A stretch of 64,000 nt of DNA from the NCBI GenBank assembly GCA_041666225.1, contig JBAYHJ010000001.1:1881-65880 (forward strand). Reading direction: 5' to 3'. Each line of letters opens with the position of its first letter. Position 1 is the stretch's first letter. This stretch comes from Minisyncoccota bacterium (GTDB lineage Bacteria > Patescibacteriota > Minisyncoccia > Phycocordibacterales > UBA9973). Of the stretch, positions 40,001-49,224 are shown piece by piece. A program made the position numbers and the translations under genes. The notes under the pieces are model-generated. The model was not told where the DNA came from, searched no databases, and was given only the letters and a program-made list of their open reading frames with translations.

Positions 40001-41725
40001 TTATACTACTGTTTTTAAATAATGTTCTTTACAATACAAATTTGGAGTATTCTCACTGTAAGCCGTGATGATTTCTTTATCACATAGAGAGAACGTGCAC
40101 TTCCCTGTTCTAAATATTGGTCCGTTGCGAAGTTTCATACGCTCAGCATGTCTGCAATTGGGGCACTTGGAAGGAAGAGGAATATTGAATCGTTGATAAA
40201 ATCCAAATTCATCGGGAATAATTTTAAAGGCTGTTGCACAATTCTTGTTCTCATCGCCATTATTTTCACATTCTATAATTTCCCCTGTAATGTTTTCAGT
40301 TACTTCAGAAATTAAATCTGGAATATCATCTACCAAAATAGTTGGTTTATAATTTCTTTGCTCTCTTATATACCACTCATACCCCTTCTCTTTTGCAACC
40401 CTTTCATTGAGTGGGAAGAATTCTTGTGCCGTAGTTTCATTATAAGCAAAAGGAGAAAGTTCAGACGGGAAGAATTCCCCATAACCATACGACAGTCCTT
40501 GATTGTCTTTGTAAGGCATCGCTTTCATCTGTTCAATAATTTTCTCTCGCAATATTTTATATTCCTCTTCTGTGTATTCTTTATTTAAAATATAAAATCC
40601 CTTTTTCCTTAAACCAATACAGCCAAACATATCGTGAGAGGTCATAATCTGAATACAATAATCTAGGTTCATATTCTCACTTGCAGAGAACCAAGAAAAA
40701 TTTACTCTTGAACCTCCATTGCCCCCTTGTAGGACTTCATATTGCAACTCAGTATTGAAACCAAATTGAGTATAATCATAACAATCTTTAGTATTTGAAG
40801 CCACTAAATATTGACAATATTTCAGATTACGTCCTTCATGAACAATCCAACTTTCTTTAATATCTTTTGAATTATAAATATAATCTCCTGTTGCATTGTC
40901 GTTCTGCTTTTCATGCATATACTTTGTAATTCCAGTTTTCCAGAATTCAACTACTTTTCTTTTAATATTTTTAATTCCTTTTCTAGAATCCAATTTCAAT
41001 TCTTTCAGTTTTTCCATATAGGCTTCTTTACTACCCATTGGTTCATTGAAAATGCAAAAGCTTTGTTTGCGTAAATTCACACAACCGAAACAATCAGTAC
41101 ATCCATTACAATCACGGCAAAACAGAATATCCGAAGAACTTTCACAATCAATAGAATAAAATGCCCTATAACAATTCTGAATATTCACACATTCATAGCA
41201 CATTTCTCCTTTATCTGTTAGATTAGTATCAAAACAATTTTTAGATTTTTCAACTTCACAGCCATACGAACAATCTTCATTAAAATCAGAATTAAACATT
41301 AGATAACAATTACGAAGATCAAGAACCATATTATTATATGGTGAATTTACCATACGTGATTCATCCACTACAAAGTTCGTCATGAAAGGCACTTCACTCA
41401 TTAATTCTTTATACTGTTCGAAGAATGGCTTTGAGAAATCGTAATCCCTCCCATATTTTGTCGCATCGAAATCATCACCCCACCAGCATTTCTGGCAAAC
41501 TATTTTGGTTTTTCCTCCTGGATGATAAATAGAAATTACATCATTATTACACATTTCACATGTCCTTTTGTATAAAGTTCTGTCATTTCTAAAAGTTAAA
41601 CGACGAATAAGCCGACACTCGGGGCAAAAGGTTGGTGCTGGCACTCCAATTTTCTCATAGAAATCAAAATCTTCACTTTCAATTTCAAAACTTTTTTTAC
41701 ATTGTTGGCAATTTTTTGTTTCCAT
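40001..41725 (-). CDS. Cys-rich CxxC repeat protein (paralog of 59219)
   Basis: CPECRLIRR..FRNDRTLYKRTC, CWWGDD, many Cys-spaced repeats. Confidence 0.8.
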   Translation of the reverse strand: METKNCQQCKKSFEIESEDFDFYEKIGVPAPTFCPECRLIRRLTFRNDRTLYKRTCEMCNNDVISIYHPGGKTKIVCQKCWWGDDFDATKYGRDYDFSKPFFEQYKELMSEVPFMTNFVVDESRMVNSPYNNMVLDLRNCYLMFNSDFNEDCSYGCEVEKSKNCFDTNLTDKGEMCYECVNIQNCYRAFYSIDCESSSDILFCRDCNGCTDCFGCVNLRKQSFCIFNEPMGSKEAYMEKLKELKLDSRKGIKNIKRKVVEFWKTGITKYMHEKQNDNATGDYIYNSKDIKESWIVHEGRNLKYCQYLVASNTKDCYDYTQFGFNTELQYEVLQGGNGGSRVNFSWFSASENMNLDYCIQIMTSHDMFGCIGLRKKGFYILNKEYTEEEYKILREKIIEQMKAMPYKDNQGLSYGYGEFFPSELSPFAYNETTAQEFFPLNERVAKEKGYEWYIREQRNYKPTILVDDIPDLISEVTENITGEIIECENNGDENKNCATAFKIIPDEFGFYQRFNIPLPSKCPNCRHAERMKLRNGPIFRTGKCTFSLCDKEIITAYSENTPNLYCKEHYLKTVV

Positions 41726-41944
41726 ATAATTTTTTTATTATTTATATTATCTCACAATTAATTCACAAATAATACTATTCACGAACTAAATAATGAGGGT
41801 TAATTTTAAAAAACTAACCCAAAATTATTAATACCATTTTACTATCATCACGACAGTTTTGAGTTTCAAGGAGGCATGGTGTCCACCTAACCAGAGGTTT
41901 CGATTACTTCATTCATCGAACTTTGTTTGGATTTTTCCAAGGCT

Positions 41945-42181
41945 CTAGGATCCAAGAAGAAATATGCGGATACTAGTTAGACATTCAATGTAATCTTTTG
42001 AAAAATTATCACCAATGCTAACCAAATATTCAATATGACTCCTCAGCGTCTTACCTTCGTACACATCTTCTAGGAGATTGTTATACTGAATGTTAGAGAA
42101 AACCTCCCTAGCACTTTCAACAGCTAACAACTCATGAAGCAGACAAAGTTTGAGCTCGAGAATTGAATTGAACATTATCAT
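41945..42181 (-). CDS. hypothetical protein (start MIMFNS, coupled to the upstream small ORF)
   Basis: TAATG stop/start overlap at 42181. Confidence 0.5.
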   Translation of the reverse strand: MIMFNSILELKLCLLHELLAVESAREVFSNIQYNNLLEDVYEGKTLRSHIEYLVSIGDNFSKDYIECLTSIRIFLLGS

Positions 42182-42333
42182 TATTTTTTCCAAAAAACTT
42201 CCACAAACTCGTGGTTCCAAGCAAGAAATCCTGATAAATGAAGAATATACCATGCTATAACAAATATAATTAGTACAATTAAGAATGGATGGTTTTGAGA
42301 AAAATCCCTTAAAAACTCTTTCATTTTTTTCAT
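42181..42333 (-). CDS. small 50-aa membrane protein, not in the ORF track
   Basis: MKKMKEFLRDFSQNHPFLIVLIIFVIAWYILHLSGFLAWNHEFVEVFWKK*; follows a hairpin leader. Confidence 0.5.
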   Translation of the reverse strand: MKKMKEFLRDFSQNHPFLIVLIIFVIAWYILHLSGFLAWNHEFVEVFWKK

Positions 42334-42528
42334 GGCTTTTGATTTAATTGGTTTTCACAATTACTAAATAGGAACTCTGAGAACCAATCAAATCTTTTTT
42401 AATGAACTTTATTTACTATAATTATCCCATGTATTTAGTAATATGTCATATTTGTCGTCAATATTCAAAATTATGGACAAATACGCTTATATGGTATAAA
42501 ATATATGTTGTCGGTTTGTCCGACATAT

Positions 42529-43287
42529 ATGATTAAAGTTAAAAATGATATTAAACTATTAGAAAACTTGCATGAGTTCGGATTGCAGGAAAATGAAGCA
42601 AAAGTATATCTTGCTTCCCTTTCTCTTGGTCCCACCACAATACTTAATCTTTCTAAATATGGAGAAGTAAAGAGAACTACAGTATATGAAGTTGTGGATA
42701 GTCTTGAAAAGAAAGGTTTAATGAAAAAGGAGGTTCATGGATTTAAAACTTTATATTCACCAGAACATCCTGAACGATTAGAAAATACATTGGAATCAAA
42801 AAGAGTTCTTCTTTTTCGTGTACTTCCAGAACTTGAGGGTAAATATCACTTAAAAGGAACCGAAAGTTCTATTAAATATTACGAAGGGCTTAGTGCAATA
42901 AAAAATATTTATGATGACTTATTAAAAGATCTTAAACCACATGATTTTTACTATGCCATTTCAAATATCAGAGAATGGCAAGGGCTTGATGAAGATTTTT
43001 TTATAAAAAACCATGTTGAAAAAAGAGCTAAAATGAGTATAAATACCAAGCTTATTTTTACAGACTCCCCTACTGCTCAAAATAGAAAGAAAACTGAACG
43101 CAATTTTAATGAAGAAATAAAAATAATTCCAGATAGTACAAACATACACTTGGACTTCGTAATTACTCCATATAAATTAGTTATGTTTCAGCTTCACAAT
43201 CCTCTTATCGCTCTTGTAATAGAAAATCAAAGCATGATAAATGCCCAAAAAGAAATTTTCGATCTTCTTTGGAGTAAGAGTTCGTAG
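42529..43287 (+). CDS. TrmB-family HTH transcriptional regulator
   Basis: GLQENEAKVYLASL...VKRTTVYEVVDSLEKKGL; IKYYEG. Confidence 0.87.
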   Translation: MIKVKNDIKLLENLHEFGLQENEAKVYLASLSLGPTTILNLSKYGEVKRTTVYEVVDSLEKKGLMKKEVHGFKTLYSPEHPERLENTLESKRVLLFRVLPELEGKYHLKGTESSIKYYEGLSAIKNIYDDLLKDLKPHDFYYAISNIREWQGLDEDFFIKNHVEKRAKMSINTKLIFTDSPTAQNRKKTERNFNEEIKIIPDSTNIHLDFVITPYKLVMFQLHNPLIALVIENQSMINAQKEIFDLLWSKSS

Positions 43288-43496
43288 TAAAAAATACTAC
43301 AAATTCTGCCATGACAAAATTTGTAGCATTTTTCATAATACAAAGACTTAATTTGTCAAACACATAAAACCCTTGTTTTAAAATTAGCTTGGTATATAAT
43401 AGGATTACACCTATTTATTAGGGATCGTTTGCAAACGGTCGAATTATTATTCAATAGCATTTTATATTTTTGAAAGAAATTATAAAAACTAAAATA

Positions 43497-43769
43497 ATGA
43501 ATAAACAAGCATTAGTAGAACTAGTTCATGAAAAGCTCGGCGGTACAAAAGTACAAGCTGAAGAAGTTGTAAATGGATTGTTTGACGCTATCGTTGCTAC
43601 TTTGAAAAAAGGAGGCGAAGTATCAATCGCAGGTATTGGAATCTTTTCTGTTAAGGCACGTGCAGCCCGCATGGCTCGCAACCCTAAGACAGGAGAGCAA
43701 GTAAAAGTAGCTGCTACAAAAGTTCCAAAATTCCGTGCAGCAAAAGCTCTTAAAGACGCTGTAAAATAA
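43497..43769 (+). CDS. hup: DNA-binding protein HU
   Basis: MNKQALV, RAARMARNPKTGE, PKFRAAKALKDAV. Confidence 0.95.
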   Translation: MNKQALVELVHEKLGGTKVQAEEVVNGLFDAIVATLKKGGEVSIAGIGIFSVKARAARMARNPKTGEQVKVAATKVPKFRAAKALKDAVK

Positions 43770-43950
43770 TTCACCACTCGGCGAATTAAATATTAACCAC
43801 TCTATTCTATCTAGGAGTGGTTTTTATTTTTAAAAAACAAAAACAAATAGTCTTATCAAAGGGGCTTTGGAGCGCGTCGGCGCGAGAACGGAGCAAATTT
43901 CTAGCAAGAAATTTGCGTACCCTTTGAGAAGAGCTATTTGTTGAAGTTTT

Positions 43951-44700
43951 TTATTCTAATAATAGTAATGCGAGCATTGATAAAACTCCAATCAATATAA
44001 TAAAAATTTGGATTATTGAGTGTTTAACATTTTTGGTTTTATGGAGTTCAGGGATAAGATCAGCAATAGCTATATAAATAAATCCCCCTGCGGCAATTGG
44101 GATAAAAAACAATGCTGTATTTTCAATTATATTCCCAAATAGAAAAACTATGAGAAGCCCAAAGATAGAAGCAAGTGCTGAAAGAAAATTAAACCATAAT
44201 GCTCTTTTTTTACTATAACCAGAATGAATCAATACCGCAAAATCACCTATCTCTTGTGGGATCTCGTGCAAAATAACAGCAATAGTCGTCGCAATACCGA
44301 CTGGGATACTAACCAAAAAACTTGCTCCAATTATTGCTCCATCTATAAGATTATGAAAACCATCTGTAAACAAAACCAACTTCCCTACCGGATGAATATG
44401 ATCTTCATTTTTATCTTCTCCGTGGTGATGCCAATGAATAAATTTTTCTATTATAAAAAATAATAAAATCCCAACTATAATTAAAATACTAGATAAATTA
44501 ACTCCGAGTTTGCCTTCAAATGCTTCCGGAATAATATGAAGAAAAGCATCACCAAGCAATGCCCCAATTGCCAAACTTATAAAAAAATTAATATATTTTT
44601 TTAATATTTCTTCTTTTAAAGATAAAGAAAAAACGCCAACCAAAGAAACAAGGCTCACAAGTATCACACTTCCAAATGCATATAAATAATTTGTTAACAT
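43951..44700 (-). CDS. ZIP-family metal transporter (start MLTNYL)
   Basis: HWHHHG loop, DGFHNLIDG, HEIPQEIGDF. Confidence 0.92.
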   Translation of the reverse strand: MLTNYLYAFGSVILVSLVSLVGVFSLSLKEEILKKYINFFISLAIGALLGDAFLHIIPEAFEGKLGVNLSSILIIVGILLFFIIEKFIHWHHHGEDKNEDHIHPVGKLVLFTDGFHNLIDGAIIGASFLVSIPVGIATTIAVILHEIPQEIGDFAVLIHSGYSKKRALWFNFLSALASIFGLLIVFLFGNIIENTALFFIPIAAGGFIYIAIADLIPELHKTKNVKHSIIQIFIILIGVLSMLALLLLE

Positions 44701-44707
44701 AATATTG

Positions 44708-44780
44708 TCGGGGTGCCGGGATTCGAACCCGGAGTCGCCTGTTCCCAAAACAGGAATGTTAGCCGTTACACCACACCCCG
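44708..44780 (-). tRNA. tRNA-Pro(TGG)
   Basis: cloverleaf; anticodon arm CCTGT-TTTGGGA-ACAGG; GGTTCGAATCC. Confidence 0.93.
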
Positions 44781-44879
44781 ATGTAATTTTCTTATAGTAT
44801 CATATTTTACAATAAATACAATTTTATATAGTTTTTAGTTGAATTAATATTTCAAATAGTGTATATTATTTTAGTGTTT

Positions 44880-44950
44880 GCGGGATTAGTTTATCGGTAA
44901 AATAACAGTTTTCCAAACTGTGGTGAAGGGTTCGACTCCCTTATCCCGCA
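44880..44950 (+). tRNA. tRNA-Gly(TCC)
   Basis: GCGGGAT acceptor; ACAGT-TTTCCAA-ACTGT; GGTTCGACTCC. Confidence 0.92.
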
Positions 44951-45103
44951 CAGAAAAAAATCACCCATTGGGGTGTTTTTTGTGCGGGATAGCAAGTAAA
45001 CTTCTTTACTTGCGTAAGGGAGGCGAAAGATTTTTCTTTATTTTGATTTTAATCAAAATAGAAAAATACCCGAATAGGTTGTATTCGACTCCCTTATCCC
45101 GCA

Positions 45104-45520
45104 CTATAAAATTATATTTTCAATCTTTTTAACTCTGGCTTTTCTATTTTCGAGATCTAAATAAACAACCAATAAATCAAATTGCCAATCAGTATACCCC
45201 AATCTTTTACTTATAAGATACGTTTCCACTACCCTTCGCAATCTTTTCAATTTCCATGGATGCATATTTTCTTCTGGTCTTCCACTTGTGTTTATGTTTA
45301 ATTCATTCTGTTTAAAATAATAATCTAAATCAGAAACACTCTTGGATTTAACTTCAATAAAATATAAAATCTCATCTTTTTTAGCAATAATATCTATTTC
45401 TCCCCATTTTTTCGTATAGTTTCGTTCCAATACCGAAAAACCTAAATTGGAAAGATAATTGCAGGCAACATCTTCTCCTATCTCACCTATTTTCTGAGAA
45501 TTTGAAGTAAAATTCTTCAT
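45104..45520 (-). CDS. yraN: YraN family (UPF0102) endonuclease-fold protein
   Basis: GEIGEDVAC, GEIDIIA, FIEVKS, QFDLL. Confidence 0.88.
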   Translation of the reverse strand: MKNFTSNSQKIGEIGEDVACNYLSNLGFSVLERNYTKKWGEIDIIAKKDEILYFIEVKSKSVSDLDYYFKQNELNINTSGRPEENMHPWKLKRLRRVVETYLISKRLGYTDWQFDLLVVYLDLENRKARVKKIENIIL

Positions 45521-45652
45521 ATATAATAGTTTTGTGACATGCGATTTAGCAAAATCGTGTCGCGCAGTGTCGACTAAAGCGCGACGAACCCATAATTAGT
45601 TTCATGTGTAACTTGATATTTGTCATAATATCTTGGTTTATTTACAATCAAT

Positions 45653-45668
45653 CGTTTCACGTGAAACG
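45653..45668. promoter_or_regulatory. parS site (consensus core GTTTCACGTGAAAC)
   Basis: perfect palindrome; variants at 45598, 46386, 46611, 46635 and 47666. Confidence 0.85.
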
Positions 45669-45815
45669 ATTTCAATATAATGGACATGAAATTCGATTCA
45701 TAATAATATTTCATAAAAATATTCTTATTTATCAAGGTATTTATCGCTTCATCTAAAATTTGTCTTACAAAAACTTAATCTCAATAGTTGTCTTTTATAA
45801 ACAATACACACATGG

Positions 45816-45860
45816 TTATCCACAAAATTCTTAATTTCCAAGGCTTTTCAATGTGGATAA
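45816..45860. promoter_or_regulatory. two inverted DnaA boxes (candidate oriC)
   Basis: TTATCCACA at 45816-45824 and TGTGGATAA at 45852-45860 beside an AT-rich tract and parS. Confidence 0.6.
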
Positions 45861-45900
45861 GGGACGAATAAAGGTCAAAGTATTTTATGATATTATATTT

Positions 45901-45974
45901 TGGTGCGGGATAGGGGAATCGGACCCCTGTCAAATGATTGGCAACCATTTGTTCTACCACTGAACCAATCCCGC
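45901..45974 (-). tRNA. tRNA-Gly(GCC) with encoded CCA
   Basis: AATGG-TTGCCAA-TCATT anticodon arm; T-loop TCCGATT; ends ACCA. Confidence 0.9.
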
Positions 45975-46111
45975 AAACATAAAATAACTCATAAATTATA
46001 ATCATTTTTGACAAAAAATGCAATTGTAATAATATGCTTATTTTAAAAGCTTATTTACTAAATTATCAAACTAGTGTACAATTAAATAGTAAAATTATTA
46101 AAAGTAACTCT

Positions 46112-46183
46112 GCGCCCGTAGCTCAACGGATAGAGTACCGGTCTTCGGAACCGTGGATGTGGGTTCAATTCCTGCCGGGCGCA
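46112..46183 (+). tRNA. tRNA-Arg(TCG)
   Basis: GCGCCCG acceptor; loop CTTCGGA; GGTTCAATTCC. Confidence 0.88.
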
Positions 46184-46335
46184 CAAGTGTTTATTAATCT
46201 TCACTTCTGTAGATTGATAGCTTGTGCGAAGTGGAGCCCTGTTTTGTTAGTAAACAAAACAGGCGAGCCAGGGTCGTGAAAATATATTTGTGACGACAAA
46301 TAAATTATTCCTGACCACAAGCGATATATTTAAAT

Positions 46336-47895
46336 ATGTTTCCCATGAAACAAACAACCATAAACAACAATCTAATTCCTAACTATGTTACACATGTAAC
46401 ACAAACACTCGAAAATGCTGGTTTTGAGGTCTTTTTGGTTGGTGGTTGTGTTCGTGATCTTATTATGTCGCAGATACTGGAAGTAAAAAGGGGACCAAAA
46501 GACTGGGATATTACTACAAATGCTATTCCTGAAGAAATCATTCCATTATTTGAAAAAACTATATACGAGAATAATTTTGGAACAGTTGGAGTTTGTATTC
46601 CCGTTGATGATGTTACACATGAAACAGATTCAAACGTTACACATGTAACAAATAGTATAAAATATAACATTTTGGAGGTTACACCGTATAGAACTGAAGC
46701 AAAATATAGTGATTTTAGACATCCAGACGAAGTACAATTTAGTGATAACATAGAAGATGACCTTAAGAGACGTGACTTCACAATAAATGCCCTGGCTTAT
46801 AATCCACATAAAGGACAGATTATTGACCTTTATAAAGGACAAGAAGATATAAAAGACATGGTGATTAGAGCTGTTGGAAATCCTAATGATAGATTCCAAG
46901 AAGATGCTCTTAGGATGCTACGTGCCATACGATTCGGAACTCAATTAAATTTCGCCTTATCATATGACACTATGCAGGCAATAGTGGATAATGCTCATTT
47001 ATTAAAAAATATCTCATTTGAAAGAATCCGAGATGAATTTGTAAAAATCATAATGTCTGAATCTCCAATGATTGGAATTGGTTTACTTTCAAAGCTTGAT
47101 CTCCTAAAATATATTATTCCTGAACTTGAAGAGGGAATTGGATGCGAACAAAAAGGTGAACATATATATGATGTATGGGAACACCTTCTTCATGCTCTTG
47201 ACCATGCAGGCAATAAAGGCTGGTCGCTTGAAGTACGCTTGGCTGCACTGTTTCACGATATTGGAAAACCAAAAACTAGACGCTGGGATGGAACCAAAGC
47301 TGGAGGGAAGGGGAAATATACATTTTACGGACACGAAGTAGTGGGAGCAAGAATGACAAAAATAATATTAGAAAGACTTAAATTCCCAAAGAAAACTAGC
47401 GATTTAGTTTTAAAACTTGTCCGTGGACATATGTTTTTCTCTGATACTGAAATGATCACGCTCTCGGCTGTTCGTCGAGTTGTTCAAAATGTTGGGAAAG
47501 AACACATTTGGGATCTCATGAATGTTCGTGAGTGTGACCGGGTAGGAATGAAAAAGAAAGAAGCCCCTTATCGCTTGCGAAAATACCACGCTATGATAGA
47601 CGAGGTTCTACATGATCCAATATCTGTCGGCCAGCTAGTAATTGATGGTAAATATATGATTGAGGTGTTACACATGAAACCAAGTCCGAGAATGGGCTGG
47701 ATTCTGAGTGCTTTACTTGAGGAAGTACTAGATGATCCAAATAAAAATACAGAGGAACACTTAGCTGAATTAGTAAGATCCCTAGATATGCTCGGCGATG
47801 CCGAACTTAAAACCTTGGGAGATAGGGGAAAAGAAAAACAAGAAAAGCTAGAGGAAGAAGAAATTGACAAACTTCACAAAAAGCATGGGGTATAA
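46336..47895 (+). CDS. cca: CCA-adding tRNA nucleotidyltransferase with HD domain
   Basis: VGGCVRD, DWDITT, RRDFTINA, EDALRMLRA, HDIGKP. Confidence 0.93.
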   Translation: MFPMKQTTINNNLIPNYVTHVTQTLENAGFEVFLVGGCVRDLIMSQILEVKRGPKDWDITTNAIPEEIIPLFEKTIYENNFGTVGVCIPVDDVTHETDSNVTHVTNSIKYNILEVTPYRTEAKYSDFRHPDEVQFSDNIEDDLKRRDFTINALAYNPHKGQIIDLYKGQEDIKDMVIRAVGNPNDRFQEDALRMLRAIRFGTQLNFALSYDTMQAIVDNAHLLKNISFERIRDEFVKIIMSESPMIGIGLLSKLDLLKYIIPELEEGIGCEQKGEHIYDVWEHLLHALDHAGNKGWSLEVRLAALFHDIGKPKTRRWDGTKAGGKGKYTFYGHEVVGARMTKIILERLKFPKKTSDLVLKLVRGHMFFSDTEMITLSAVRRVVQNVGKEHIWDLMNVRECDRVGMKKKEAPYRLRKYHAMIDEVLHDPISVGQLVIDGKYMIEVLHMKPSPRMGWILSALLEEVLDDPNKNTEEHLAELVRSLDMLGDAELKTLGDRGKEKQEKLEEEEIDKLHKKHGV

Positions 47896-47930
47896 GAAAA
47901 ACCGACTCATTTATGAATCGGTTTATTAAA

Positions 47931-48194
47931 TTATGCTAGCAGGTATGTGATGCCTACTTTTACGGTTTCTCCTTCTATTTGATTAAAATGAAATCCCGTA
48001 AGATCTTCAAGCTTTTTGATGAAGCAAAAAGAGTTTTCTATTAAAATGTAGGTCCTGGTTGATCCTGAGCTATCGCTCTCAAATTCAAGCTTTTCCCCAT
48101 TTCGCGTAACTTGAAATGTTACGCCAATTGATACTTCCCATATTTTAAATATGTCTCCAGCTTGTAATCCTGTGTGTTTTCCGTTTAGTTTCAT
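47931..48194 (-). CDS. small hypothetical protein
   Basis: 87-aa ORF with an upstream TTGACA promoter. Confidence 0.55.
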   Translation of the reverse strand: MKLNGKHTGLQAGDIFKIWEVSIGVTFQVTRNGEKLEFESDSSGSTRTYILIENSFCFIKKLEDLTGFHFNQIEGETVKVGITYLLA

Positions 48195-48365
48195 CTTTTT
48201 TGTTTTAAATATTTTTATTTAATATAATAGTATCATTATTATTACTATTTGTCAATCGTTAATAACATTGGTATTGAGAATATTGTTATAAATTAAGGTA
48301 TACTGATAAATATTATTATTTGTCAGTATAGTTGACATTTAGCATATTAAGAATATACTATTGTT

Positions 48366-49115
48366 ATGACATTGGAACTTATAAAATCACTTGAAAAATT
48401 AGGATTAAGTGAAAAGGAATCAAAAATATATATTGCTGGACTTGGTTTGAGTAAATTTTCAGTTATGGCTATTTCTGAAAAGACTGGGATAAAAAGGCCG
48501 ACCTGCTATTTAATTTTGGAAGATTTAAAAAAGAAAGGCCTTATCACAACCTTTCCGAAAGCAAAAAAAATTTTATATGTAGCCGAACATCCAAACAATC
48601 TTCTAAAAAATACAGAAAATTCTTTCAAATTAGCAAAAGAATTGATGCCCGAATTACAAAATTTAATTGGTTCTACTTCTGAAAAACCAATTTTAAAAGT
48701 ATATGTTGGGCAAAGTGGAATTCATAATATTTTTGAAGATATATTAGAAGACAAAAAAGATTTTTATTATATTGCTTCGGTGACAGATTTAGTTGAAGAA
48801 CTCGGCCAAGAATATCAAGATGAGTGGATTAAAAGAAGGGTTGCTAAAGGAATGCAGTCAACAAGTATCAGAATTCGGGAAGGAGAAACAGATTATCCTC
48901 TTTATGGAAATGCTCCAGAAAATCCAAGAGTAATAAGATATGCCCCCGAAGGATTTAAAATGCCATATACTGTTTTTATTTATGGTAAAAAAGTTGCTTT
49001 TATTTCAAAGAAAAAAGAATTTTTTGGATTTATTGTTGAAAGTAATGATATGTCTATATCTATAAAAGCCCTTTTTGATGTTTTGTGGAATATCTCCTCG
49101 GAAAGTTTAAATTAG
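48366..49115 (+). CDS. TrmB-family HTH transcriptional regulator
   Basis: GLSEKESKIYIAGL...IKRPTCYLILEDLKKKGL. Confidence 0.87.
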   Translation: MTLELIKSLEKLGLSEKESKIYIAGLGLSKFSVMAISEKTGIKRPTCYLILEDLKKKGLITTFPKAKKILYVAEHPNNLLKNTENSFKLAKELMPELQNLIGSTSEKPILKVYVGQSGIHNIFEDILEDKKDFYYIASVTDLVEELGQEYQDEWIKRRVAKGMQSTSIRIREGETDYPLYGNAPENPRVIRYAPEGFKMPYTVFIYGKKVAFISKKKEFFGFIVESNDMSISIKALFDVLWNISSESLN

Positions 49116-49224
49116 TTGGTAAAAAAATTGCCGATGAACAAAAAAAGTTTTCGAATTGGCGTGGTTAGGAGCTAAAAGTTTGAGGAAATAAATATCAAGT
49201 AAGTTTTAGTGATATAATTAATAT

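Noticed and set aside
44701-44748. N-terminal extension of the ZIP ORF
   Set aside because: Overlaps tRNA-Pro; the ATG at 44700 is the plausible start.
44920-46279. Short ORFs 44920-45132, 45781-46023 and 46034-46279
   Set aside because: They overlap tRNA genes or DnaA boxes.
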